DNA from: Cyanophora paradoxa CCMP329
Lineage: Eukaryota; Plantae; Glaucophyta
Direction of reading: 5' to 3'
Length of the DNA stretch: 64,000 nucleotides
NCBI GenBank assembly: GCA_004431415.1
Contig: QPMI01000116.1
Coordinates: 201,662 to 265,661, forward strand
Part shown: positions 12,227 to 24,142 of the stretch, piece after piece
Position numbering within the stretch: the stretch's first letter is position 1
How the letters are laid out: each line of letters begins with the position of its first letter
Notes under the pieces: generated by a model
What the model was told of the DNA's origin: nothing
Seen by the model: only the letters and a program-made list of their open reading frames with translations
The model's database searches: none
Made by a program: the position numbers and the translations under genes

Positions 12227-14382
12227 TCACTTGGGCGGGTCAAGGTAGAGTCTCAGGGACATCTCGTCCATCAGCATCTGAGTGTTGATGTCGGCTGCGC
12301 AGACGACGTCAGATATATACAGCTGCACAAATTAAAAGGCAGTCGAGGTGGTCATGGCGCACCAGTGTCCAGCTGGACGACGACCTCCTTGGTGGTCGGG
12401 TGGATGTAGTCGGTCGCGGCGCCCTTCGTGCAAGTCTGCTCGCTCCAGACCCTGCATGCGTCGCCGTTCAGGTAAACAATTTGCAACCTAATTATAAATA
12501 GCTAGTCGCAGCAGGAGAACAATCGCAAACGCGCCAGGCAGGAATCTCCAAGTTGGTGCAGATCTCGTCGAACTTGTCCGTTTTGACGTTCTTCACGGAC
12601 CACGTCCACGTCTTCCCCTCCTCGCGAACGTTGTCGCCTGCATTGCCGCAAAGTTGTGTCAGTATTAATGCGGTTGTGCGCGCGCCTGATTACTTATATA
12701 TATTTATATATTAATTAGCTATAGCGCTGCGCCGCGGACCCTGGATCTTCATGAAGAGCTCGAGCGGCGACTTCGTGAGCTTCGCGAGGTCGGCCGTCAC
12801 CTTGTAGACGAACTGCGTCTTCGACGGCTTCTGGGCGTTGTACGAGCCGAACTCAAAGTACTGAGCGTAGCAGTCGCGCTCGAGGTCGCAGCGGGTGGAA
12901 GAAGAGGCGAGGAGGGCGACGGTGTCTTTGTTGATCGGCTTGTCGATGGTGCCCTGTACATGTTGCAGGAAAGTCAGAGATCTAGATCTATGACGGCGAA
13001 AGATAGAGTCGCTCAAACTAAAACCACTCACGCCGATGGGGATGATGTCCGACGGCTGAGTCAAAACGACCTTAATGGGCACAGGCTCCGGCGGGGGCGG
13101 CACGGTGGTCGTCAGCTGCGCAGGTTGACGAAGATCACATCAACGAGCATCTCCGTGGCGTAGGGGTCTGCGCCGATGATATCGATATCGATATCATCCC
13201 ACGAAATTGCTGCGAAGATCTAGAGCTAGAGCTTCGAATTCAACAACAGAACGCACGGTTGGTCGCCTGGTTGATCCTGATCTCCTTGTTGACCGGGTCG
13301 ATGAAATTGACGGCGTTGTCGAGCTTGAAGTCCCGCCAGGTCCAATACCTGCGCCGCGATCGGCGTTGAGCTCGAGGCTGCAACTTGCAATTGCGCAATG
13401 GGGACGACGACGTCAGTTGCAAATCGAACCAGCTGGGGAAGCCGGGGCCCTTGTTGTCGCCAAGGGAAACGAACTTCTTCGCGTTGAAGTCGTAAGCGGA
13501 GTAGCTCCACAGAGCGTCGTAGCCAGCATCGCCTGCAGAATTCGAAATATATATCAGCGCATGAGCACCGAATTCAAAGCGCTTATGATCACGCGTACGC
13601 TTACGCTAGCTCTAGATCTAGCGCTCAGCGGCTGCGACCCTAGTCGTTCAATTTCCGATCGCAAGGCGCGCCTTGGACTTTGATGGTCACGTCGAGCGAG
13701 CCCGTGATGTTCTTCGGGTCGATGTAGTCCGGCAGCTTGAAGACGAAGTCCGTGTCCGACGGCTTCTTGATGCCGGGGCGAGAGCGGAACTCGATGTAGG
13801 CGCCCCAGCAGTCCTGGAAGCCCGTGCACCGGACGTGAGCCTTCTTGGTGATCAGCATGTAGTTGTTCAGCACGACTCCCTGCAATGCGCAGCGCAGAAG
13901 TCAGCACTCGGTCAGGGAACGAGCTCGCGCGCAGTCTAAGCTTATATATATATGTGGCGCATGCGCAGAACTTCGGAATCTCAAATTAATTTAAAGCAAC
14001 TCACGTTTTTGATGAGGTCCGACGACGCAACGAGGGAGACCTTGTAGGTGGCGTCGACTGCCGCCGCCTGCATCTCGGTCGCGCCGACGTAGACGTACGC
14101 GGGGCCCGACTGGGCGGAGGCCGCCTTGTCGTCGCGACCCGCGGCGCCAACTCCGCGCTGACCGGTGCTCCCGGTCCCGCGGGCGGCGGCGGCGGCGGGC
14201 GCGACGAGTGCTGTCGCATTCCGAAGACGTCAGGGCGCTGCCGCAACACGCGAATTCGAACGGTTCTCCATACACGTGCACGCACCGAGCGCGATGACGG
14301 CGCCGAGGGCGACGACGAGGAGGAGCGAGGGCTGGCCGCCCTGAAGCTTGCGGCCGCCGCGATGGAGGGCGGCGGAGGCCAT
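12227..14382 (-). CDS. Secreted protein with two tandem ~150-aa beta-rich domains (putative carbohydrate-binding)
   Basis: ATG at 14382 leads into a hydrophobic signal-like stretch (SLLLVVALGAVIAL|ALVAPAAAA). Two homologous units (CWGAYIEF..FVFKL..IKVQG..WSYS..NFIDPVNKEIRI..EMLVD and CYAQYFEF..FVYKV..MKIQG..WTWS..DYIHPTTKEVVV..QMLMD) are joined by a TTTVPPPPEP linker. Stop at 12227-12229. Confidence 0.7.
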
Positions 14383-15173
14383 CGCTGACAGAGCTTGCCT
14401 GTGCTGCTGCAGGTGCTCTTCCGAAGGAGGGACTGAGCGAATGCTGCAGCAATGGCGGCCGCCGTGCGAATTTAAAGAGACCACCAAACGATTCGCTCGA
14501 AACGGCGCGGGCTCAGCGGCTCAGCCGCTGAGCGGCTTTATTGTTTTTTAATTTCGAGTCTCAATCGCCGTTCGGAGCGCCCAAAGCCCGCAGGTGACAT
14601 TCTAGCCGAAGCGTTCGAAGCCCGTCCGACGGTCAACTTGAAAACCAGTCTCGCAGGCCTTGCACACGAAACGCCCGTCACGGCGTGACTTCGCAAGCGA
14701 TCCACGCGTCACCGCGGGGCGCAGAGTGGTTTTCCGAGTTTTTTTCGCGCGGTTATGCAGGGTGACTTAAGCTTCGCGAGCGTGCAAGCTTAAAATCAGC
14801 GAACTCCGCCGCAGCGAAAGTCCGACGGTCGTCATTCAATTGTCACCGCACAAGTCACTGCAGAATGTTAACAACCTGCAGAATTTCGAACCAGAATTTT
14901 TATAGATCATATATACGGTTCTAGTTCTATGTTAACCGTAAGACTAACCACCAGAAGTGGGGCTATTTCCGAAGTTCCGTATACGTAAGAAAAAGCGTTG
15001 GTTCATGGTCGGTAATTATAGAACCACTAGAAAGGTTTTCATGGTTCGTTCAACGGTTCTCATGGTTCTCATATGCATGATCATGCATGCAGATATATGA
15101 GAACCACCATGCATACTCAGTATGTAATTTGCGCGCGGCCCCCCTGCGCATGCCCGGCCCATGCCAGCCTGAC

Positions 15174-15275
15174 TCCTGACAGTTGCACGCGCGGAGATCC
15201 GGATCCTAGCTATAGAGCCGCCTGACAGTTGCACGCGCGGCCCAGCCTGACAGTTGCACTGCGGCACGCGCGGAG
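15174..15275. repeat. Three copies of CCTGACAGTTGCAC(GCGCGG)
   Basis: Direct repeats at ~15175, ~15220 and ~15247 in intergenic DNA. Confidence 0.75.
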
Positions 15276-15810
15276 ATGCGCAGGATGCTGTTGTTCTGCT
15301 CCAGGCAACCAGGCAGGCTGCGCTGCTGCGCCGGCAGCCGCGCGCTAGCGGTGGCTGCTCCGTTACAATTGCAGAGTTGGGTTCGCATAATTTCCTACAG
15401 AACCATCATCTGCTTCGGGATTGATGTATCCGGATCGAAGTAATGAAAATTGCCGAGGATCGAGATCGAACTAGATATCAGGCTACAAGCTAGAGGAGTA
15501 TGTTCAACGATAAACGTTAAATGTTCTACCTTGGCTTGCTAAGCTGCGTATGCATCCGGTAAAACGTCCTAGGGTCGTAGAATAGACATATAAACCATCA
15601 TTGCACTATCTCCACACTGATTAATTCCAGACACTTATCTGAGCCACTTATCGTGGTACAGCCGCTAGCGGTGCCCCCGAACGCTGCCGCAGCGCTGCAC
15701 CACGTACTCGCAGGAAAGCCGCCGGTCCCGAACGGCGCGAAAGAAGAAATCTCCAAAAATTGAAGGAAGAAGAAGAAAGGGATGGAAGCGGGGAGCGAAA
15801 GGGCGGCGCG

Positions 15811-18800
15811 CTAGCAGCGCAGATCGACGACGAGCGGGGCGCTGCCCTCGTCGGCCTCTTCGGGCCCCGGCGCACCGCCCAGCCTGCGCGCGGGGCGTCA
15901 GCGAAAGGCGCCCCGCGGACGGCAGGAGGGCAGCGGGCGGCGGTGGCGCACAGCGCGTGCGGGGCGGCGTGGTGCATCTCGTGCTTCGGGAGGGGGTGCT
16001 CGTGGTAGTCCCTGGGGTGGGCACACGGAAATCAGGAGGAGCGGGGTACGGGGTCAGAGGGGCGGGCGGCGGACCGGTGGGGGCACGCGGCGACGATGTG
16101 GAGGCCGCGCTCCGTCAGGCGGAACGCCGCGATGCTGCCGGGCAAGGCGGGGTACCGCGTTACAGGGCCGCGGGGGGGGTACAGAGCGACAAGCGGGGGG
16201 TACGCGCGCACTGGGCGTCGGACTTGGGCGCGACGACGACCGACACGGCCTCGGGCAGCTCCATCTGGAACTGGGGCCGGGGCGCCTCAGGCCGGGCGGG
16301 CGGGGTACAGGGGACAACGGCGGAAAAAGGGGTACCGGGGCGAGGTCGTGCATGTCGATGGAGGAGAGGGAGCACTGCTGGGCGGGGGTGGCCTGCCGGG
16401 CGCCGGGCGTGAGGGAGCGCCGGGTCGAATCCGGGCAGCGGATTTAAGCATAAGGGACGCACGGTGATGAGGCCGGCGAGGACAAGGCCGCGGGCGGCGG
16501 CGGCGCGGGCCGCCTCGTCGCGTGCGTCCGGCGGCACGACGCTCGCCTGCACCGAGCTGCACTGGCGCGGCACGAGCACGGCCCGCACGGCGAGCGCCGT
16601 CCCCGCCCCGCCCTCCCCGTCCGCCGCCGACGCCGCGAGGAAGCCGGCCGTCTTGCGGTACGCCTCCGTCGCCGGACGCGTGAGCGCCTCGAACGCGGCG
16701 AGCACGGCCGACGGCACGCGCAGCGCCCGCAGCGGCGGGGGCGCCGGGGCCGGAGCCGGCGCGGGCGCGGCCGGGTAGGGGCCCCGCGGGGCGAGGATGA
16801 CGGGGGGCGCGTGGAAGGGCGGGGGGAAGAGGAAGGGGCCGGGGCGGGGTACAGGATGGTTCCGTCGGGGGCGACGAGGGCGCCGGGGGGGGAGGGCCGC
16901 CGCCGGCCGCGGCCTGCGGCGGGGGCGCCCCGGGCCGAAGAAGGCGTGCGGGGCCAGCGGCTGGCCGGGGAAGGGGCCCGGGGGCCGTGCGGGGCGGGGT
17001 ACGCGAAGTGCGGCGGGGCGGGGCGGGGGGCGTGCCGAGGATGCCGGGGGCCGGCTCCTCGGGCGGGCGGGCGCGGCGGGGACGACGGGGATCGGGGCGG
17101 GGGCGGGGCCGGGACCGCAGCCGGGGCGGCGGGGGCCGGGGCCGGGGAGCGGGGCCCGGGGCTCGCCTCGCCGCCGCTCTCCGAGGCGGCGGGCGACTCT
17201 GGGGACGAGACGCCGCCGGGCCCGCCCGAGCAGACGTGCGGCTCGCCGAGGGCGGCGGAGACGGCGGAGCAGACGGCGCGGAGGGAGACGAGGAGGGCGA
17301 CGAGGTCAGGGCGGGGGCGGCCCTCGAGCAGCGAGCCGGCGTCCTGCCCGCCCAGCAGCAGCCGCGCCCGCCAGTCCTCCTCCACCTTCTCCTCCCCCTT
17401 GGGCGACGCCTGCGCCGCGCCGGGGGCGGCGCCTGCCCCGGGGCGTCGCGGCGGCGGCGGGCGAGGGCCGCCTCGGCGTCGGCGGCGCGGCGAGCCTCAC
17501 GCGCGGCGCGCGCCTCCGCCTCCTCCGCGCGGCGCCGCTCCTCCGCGAGGCGCCGGTGGACGGCCGCCAGCTCCTGCCGCGCCCCGCGCGCCGCCTCGCC
17601 GGCCCCGCGCTCCCGCCCCTCCGCCTCGGCCAGCCGCCGCTGCAGCGCCGCTCGGCCCTTCTCCGCCTCCTCCGCCGCCGCCTGCGCCCGCTGCAGCGCC
17701 GCCCGCGCCTCGCCGTGCGCCGCGCGCTCCGCCGCCAGCGCCGCCTCCGCCCGCCGCGCCGCTTCCTCGGCCGCCCCGGCGAGGCGCCCCGCGGCCGGCG
17801 GCGCCCGCCGTCGGTGTCTGCGCCGCCGGCGCCCGCCGCCGCGGGGAGCGCCTGGGCCGGCGCCGCGGCCGCGGCCGCCGCCGCCCCGGCGGCCTCTATC
17901 ATGGATCGGCACGCGGCGTCCTGGCTCGCCGCCCACCGCTCCCGCACCTCCTTCAGGAACCGCTGCGGCGAATCTCAGGCGCGACCGGGTACGGGTGCAG
18001 GCCCAGGCGCCAGGACCCGTACCTGGTACCAGACGCACTCGAGGACGCTGCCGACGGCGTTCCAGAAGCGCGTCTGCTCGCCGCTGTACCCCCCTCAGAA
18101 ACGAGAAGGGAGGAAGGGGGAAGGGAAGAGGCGGGGAGGGCGGACCCGAGGTGGACGAGCTCGATCATCTGGAGGCGGGTGGACTGCAGCTCCAGCTCCG
18201 TCTCGCGCAGGCGCAGCATCGAGTCCAGCCACTTGCCGCACTTCTCAAGGTACCCCCGCACGTCCGCCTGGGGGCCCTGGCACATCGCCAGCACCCGCAC
18301 CAGCGCCGTCCCGTCCCGCCGCGCCCCGCGCCGCTCCTGCCTTCCGCTCGACCGGGGAGGGGGGGAGGGGGGGAGGTGGGACGGGGTACGTGCACGCACG
18401 ACGACGTGGTCGCGGAGGAGGCGGTGGAGGAACGGGGCGGGGAAGCGTTCGCCCAGGGCGAGGACCTGCGGGGGAACGGTCGCCTCGCCGGGGCCCGGCG
18501 CGGCGGCGCCGCCCTCCTCGTCGACAGAGTTCCACGCCGCCAGCACAGAGGAGACGGCGTCGCGGTACAGCTGCGCGGGTGGGGGGTACGTGAGCCGGAG
18601 CCGGAGCGGAGAAGCCTCGAAACGGGGCGGGCGCGCCTCGAGGGCGGTGTGCGTGCGCTTGCGGCGCTGGCCGATGAGGGGCGGCGCGTGCGGCCGCAGC
18701 GACATCGCCGCGTCGTCCACCGTGCAGATCTTCGACGCCAACTGTGGTGGGGGGTACGGGAAATCAGCGGGGAGGGGGCGGGAGGCGGCGGGTACGGGGT

Positions 18801-21355
18801 ACACCGACCTGGAGGACCGCGTCCTCGAGGTGGAAATCGGAGGAGAAGAGGGGGGCGTTGGGGGGTACGCCCCCGGGGCTCCACCCCCCTGCCCAGTACG
18901 CGAGGGTTCCCTCGAGCTGTGAAGCCGGGTCAGAAGGCCAGGGGGGGGGGGCAAAGCGGGAGGGGGTACCTGGAACGCGAAGACGTGCGCGGCGTCCATC
19001 GCGGCGATCGGCTCGTAGAGAGGCTCCTCGCAGCCGCGCTCCATCCCTGCGGGGCCAGGGTCGGCGGAGCTGGGGGGGGGGGAAGAGGCGGGGGGGGGGG
19101 TACCGCGGATCTGGGCCTCGACGTCGCGGGCGACGCGGCGGGTCTTGCGGGCGTGCGCGGCGAGCTCGAGGAAGCGGCGCTCCAGCTCCTCGTACGAGGG
19201 CGGCGCCCCCGCCCCCTCCTCCTCCTCCCCGTCCCCCTCCCCCTCCTCCGGTGCAGGCGCCGCCGCCGCCGCGCCCGCGCCGGCGCCCGCGGGCGGGGGC
19301 GGGGTGAGGTGCTCAGGGTAGCGCTGGCGGATGAAGGCGAGGAGGTCGCGCTGGGGCCGGGGCGTGCTCCCCTCGTCGGGGAGGCAGGGCACGGTCACGC
19401 GCTCCGCCGCCGCGTCCGTCACGAGGATGGCCTCGCCGGCCGCGTCCAGCACCAGCGTCGGGCCGCCCTCGTCGGCCGCCTGCGCGTCGGCCGCCTCGCC
19501 GGCGGCCGCCGCCATCCCGGCGTGCGCCTCCGCCACCAGGGCGCACATGCCGCAGGGGCCGCACCGCCGGCCTCGCCGCCGCCCCCGCCGCCCGGCGCTC
19601 GCACGCCGGCGCCAGCCCGCGGTACGCCGGAAGCGCCCAGTAGTGCTGCGCACGGCTTCGATCAGCCCAGCGCAGCGCGGCTGGGCGGGCGGGGCCGGCG
19701 AACCAGGACGACGTCCCACATCATGCGGATCTCGAGGTTGTCGACCACGAAGAAGGAGCGGTCCCGCGCGTCCCGCGCCACCTCGCAGCGCACCGACAGG
19801 TCCTTCAGGCCCTCCTCGCCCAGCGCCGCCGCCGCCGCGCCGCCCGCGCCGCCGCCGCCGCCGCCGCCGGCTCCGCCGCCGCCCGACCCGCCCGAGCGCG
19901 CGTCCCCAGGCGCGCTCCTGCGCGAGCGCTGAGAGAAGGGCGGAGCGGCGGGCGATGCGGTGCGGCGCACGGCGGGGCGGCGGCGGCTGCTGCTGCTGCT
20001 GCGGCGGCGGCGCCGCGGCGTGGCTCGACGAAGCCGCGGCAGTCGAAGGCGCCCTCACGGACGTCCATGAGCTGGAACTCGGGGACGCCGACGGCCCGCG
20101 CCCCGCGCGCCCCGCGCCCCTCCAGCCGCTCCCGCGCCGCCCACACCTCGTCCGCGTCGAACTCCCACGAGAAGACCACGCGCCCCGCCGCCGGCATGTC
20201 GCTGCGCCGGCCGGTCAGGCGGCGGAGGAGGGCATCCGGCCGGCCGGCTCGCCTGTAGTCGGCCCAGGCGTCGCAGGAGTCGGCGAAGGGGCAGAGGATT
20301 AGCCGGACCGACACGCGGGTCCGCGGCGGCAGCGCGGCGCCGCCGGCGGCGTCGCCGGGCGCGTCGGCCTCGCGAGCAAAGGTGACGGAGGGCCCGCGGA
20401 CGCCGTCTCCGGCGGAGCAGCGGAAGAGAACGAAGTCCGGCATCGAGACCGTGAAGCTCCGGTCCGTCCCCTCGACCACCGTGCTGCGAGGGCGCCGCGT
20501 GAGCGAGGGCCCGCGGCGCCGGGCCCGGTTCGGCGGCCGGCACCAGGGGATGTAGTGCGTTCGCTGGTTCGATTTGCCGAGGCCGTCTGTACAGCGAGCA
20601 GTCAGAGGCGCGCCGCCGACGGGGGAAGGGGCGGAGAAAGGTCTCACGGATGACCACTGCGCGGGAGACCGAGAAAAAGGAAAAGCGGAGGCGGTGTCAG
20701 CTCGATACGAGGCGGTCAATGAGGCGGCGGCTCCGCGGCGGCGCACCGGCGACGTAGAATGAAAGCAGGCCGGCCACCTTGGAGGGGGCCGGCTTGAACG
20801 GGATACGGCTGACACCAGCCGCGCTATCGTCGCCACCCTCGAGAAAGCAGCGTACGAGCTCCGTCGCGGTGGGTTTTTCCACCTTGCAGAGCCGCGCGAG
20901 CTCGTCCGCCGCCTACAGCCGCCCGGTTGACGGGTCAGTACCGTGCGTCGAGCGGCGACGATTTGCTCGCACCTCTGCTACTGTCCAGTTCAGATTCTTT
21001 ATCAGTTTCCTTCGATCTTCCTGATCCATGGAGCTGCACGCGGGCGGAGCCTGAGCGAACCGGTCGCCCAGGTAAGCGGCACGTCCCGACGCACGAGAAG
21101 AACTTCTGCAGCCGGCTCGAGCCCTTTCCGCATCCGCTGATCCGCGCGAGCTGCAGGCCTGCGTTGCATTTGCGACAGGCGGCAGCGAGTAAGCGGCAAT
21201 TATACGGGTGGCTCGTGCCGCGTGCCCGGCCAGGCGGGAGAGCGGGGGCGCTGACCGACTTGCTCAGCGGTCTCCTGCATCGTGGCCTTACGCTGCATGA
21301 GCTTCTCCGAGAGCTTCGCCGCCTTCCCGGGGCGACCCGACTGCTTTGACGCCAT
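15811..21355 (-). CDS. Large multi-exon protein with coiled-coil and Pro-rich regions and a C-terminal AMSH/STAMBP-like MPN (JAB1) domain, predicted catalytically inactive
   Basis: The spliced C-terminus VPSAVLAAFEALTRPATEAYRKTAGFLAA..AVRAVLVPRQ..GLVLAGLIT|ATPAQQCSLSSIDMHDLAP|FQMELPEAVSVVVAPKSDA|HIAAFRLTERGLHIVAACPH|RDYHEHP..PLVVDLRC* parallels AMSH (ETCGIL..VLIPKQ..GWIHTHPTQTAFLSSVDLH..YQMMLPE..FKLT..C.....HPH..DLR*). The 5' end is uncertain. Confidence 0.75.
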
Positions 21356-22830
21356 CTGCTCGCGCTAGCACTGCGGATTGAACATGCACGTTACTGCTGC
21401 TTCATCAACACCGATCCGGGGCGCTGATCGGGACACAGCCGCCCCTGACCGCGGATCTAATCTCTAGCCCGGCTCGTGCGCACCGTGGCGCAGGAGGGCG
21501 TCGCCTGCGGTGCTAATCGCGCTCCCGGTGACGGTGCGAAGCGCTCCGTGCTGCGGATCGGCAGCGCTTGGCCGGCGGATTCTTTGGGGGGCGAAGTTTG
21601 GTTGGGGTACCGTCCGAGCAAGCGCTTGGGAGTACCCCGTCGACTGTTGGACCACGTACCCGGCCCTGAAGAACGTTAACTTTTCGAATTCGAAGCGCTA
21701 GCGAGTTTCCTCGCAAGGGAGCTCACAGATTGGATCGGAGCCAACTTCTTAATTCGCTTAGTTGTTATAATTATTGGGGCCCCAATGGGGGGAAACTTTA
21801 ATCAAGAGATGACGTTTTGTGACGCCATCCGCATATAATGCATATGCGTGATGCCTTTTTCCGATTTATCTCTTTACGAACCGACGAGAAACTTGCGTGA
21901 CGGGTACACGGTGTTGTTGTCGAAATTCCGCTCATCGGCGTCATAATATTGCGTCCAATGAATCGGCGAACCGGGGCCCGGGGGTATATCGATATCGCGG
22001 AACTCAAATTCTGACCGCTGATTGAGATCCTTTTTTCTTCTCAGGGTAAACCTGCGAGCTTCTTCCGGCATTTCCATTGGCTAACTCACGTCATAAATCG
22101 ATTATTAACAGGCACGCGCCGGATTAATGATGAGTGCGACCGCATTGCGTACCCCGGGCTCGAGGCGGGGAGCAGCCTGCGCACGCAGCTCCCCAGGCTC
22201 CCGCCGCGAGTCCCGCGCGGCCGCGCAAGCTGAAGTCGGAGCTGGGCCGGGGCGTCGAGTCGTCGACCAGGCTCGGACCAGCCTGGCAGCTGCAGGCGCT
22301 GGGAATCGATCGGGCTGCGAGGAGCTAGTAGCCTAGTTGGCCCTAGTAGCAGCGGCGGGCGCGCAGCTCGCAGGCCCTGAGGATCGACGTCGACCGGGCG
22401 CGGCCGAGTCGATCTCCCGAAGTTCGGAGCGAGACTCGAGAACCTCAGCGACCCGCATACGCAGTTGCAACCTCCCCGACTCTCCCGGGTCCCGAAGTTC
22501 GGAGCGAGCTATAACTCGCTCCGGCCGCGGTAGTCGCGGGCTCGCTGCCGGGTCTCATTAGCGTCGCGAACCGCATGCGCAGTTGCAAGCTTCGCCTTGT
22601 CAGCATCAGCAGGATCAGTCCCTAGCTAGCTTAGCGGCCTCAGCCTTACTAGCTGGCCCAGCAGCCAGATTCGCGCCGTAGTAAGTGCAACTGTCGGGTC
22701 TCGTTCGGATTCGCGTCGGCTCTGCACTCGGCTGTGCCCGTTGCACAGCCACGGAGCGCATCTTTGCGGCGCACGATAGCAGCAGGGAGCTGCTAGTGTG
22801 TGAGAGCGTAGCTCCTCCCGCGGGTGCACG

Positions 22831-24081
22831 ATGGCGGAGGCAGCGTCGGCGCCTCCCCCAGGCGAAGGTGGCCCAGTGCGGCGGCGGCTTTCGAACGCGA
22901 AATCGATGCACGCTTCCTCTGCCGGGAAGGTGGAGGCCGGGGGCGAGGCCAGCAAGGTCGCTCCGGCGGCCCATCGGCCTCCCCCCTCTTGGCACGGCCA
23001 GCCCCTGGACAACGTCCGCGTGGTCGACGAGTCCATTACGACGCGCCTTGAGCTTCGCACCGCGCGCCACGAGCTTCGGAAGCTCAGGGAGAGCGCAGCC
23101 GCGGCTCCGGCGGCCACGGCGGCGGCGGGCCCGGGCGCTGATGATGACGAGGGCGGAACGCTGGCGCTGATCCACGCGAGGGAGCGGCTCATGCGCCTGC
23201 AGCGCCGCAACACGATCAACCTGGGAGACCTGCGCTCCCTGAGGCCGCCGAAGGGCGTGGCCCTCATCCCCCAGCTCCAGCACTTCTACAAGGCCAACGG
23301 TGCGCGAGATGGGTCGAAGGACTCTCGCCCCGCCTTTGCTGCTCACGCCCGAAGGCAGAGGGGGGGCAGATCGAGCTCTTCACGCCCCAGGCGCTCCTCC
23401 GGCGCGAGTCGATCCGCTTCGAGCCCCGCATCGTGCTCTGGCTGTGCGCCCCGGCCCCGCCCCGCCCCAGCCCAGCGCCTGGCCCCGCCCTTAGCTCCCC
23501 GCAGGCACCTCTACTGGCGGAGCATCGACCTGGACGGGAGCAACACGCTCGAGGAGGACGAGTTCGTGCCCTACGCCATGTGCGCCGTGTTCCGCTTCGG
23601 CCCATAGGCCTTAGCTTAGCCGATTCCCTTAGGCTGCTCTTCAAGCTGCTGCACAAGAGCAAGAGCGGGGAGTTCAACGAGGAGAAGGCGCGGCGCTTCG
23701 CGATGGAGGACTGGGAGGAGGACCGGCAGGGCAAGAACTACATCAACACGGAGACCTTCATGGTCTCCCTCTTCCAGGTACCCCCGCCCGCCCGCCCGCC
23801 CGCCCGCCCGCCCCTATGCTCCGAGTACGAGGCTCCAAAGCGGCGGCCGCTCGTCCAGGGCTGCCTTTAAGCCTCGTCCTAGCTGTAGGCGGGTCCTAGC
23901 GTTTGTTTCGTTCGAGCGTTCGAGGCGATATAGACTTGTCCCCGGGGCGATTTCGAGCGTTCGTTCGTTAGCTCGCTCGCTCGCTCGATCGCTGACGGCC
24001 CCGACTGCCCGCCCGCCGGTCGTCTCTGCGGCGGGCCCTCGTCCTCTCTAGATATTGGGCCCCGCGGGACGAATTTGAGCG

Positions 24082-24142
<61 letters not shown>

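Noticed and set aside
16797-20302. 600-980 aa plus-strand ORFs
   Set aside because: Arg/Gly/Ala-rich shadow ORFs caused by extreme GC content. Splice signals and the MPN homology are on the minus strand.
21798-22077. Small minus-strand ORFs (MPEEARRFTL...)
   Set aside because: No recognisable motif. I cannot tell whether this is an upstream exon of the MPN gene or non-coding DNA.
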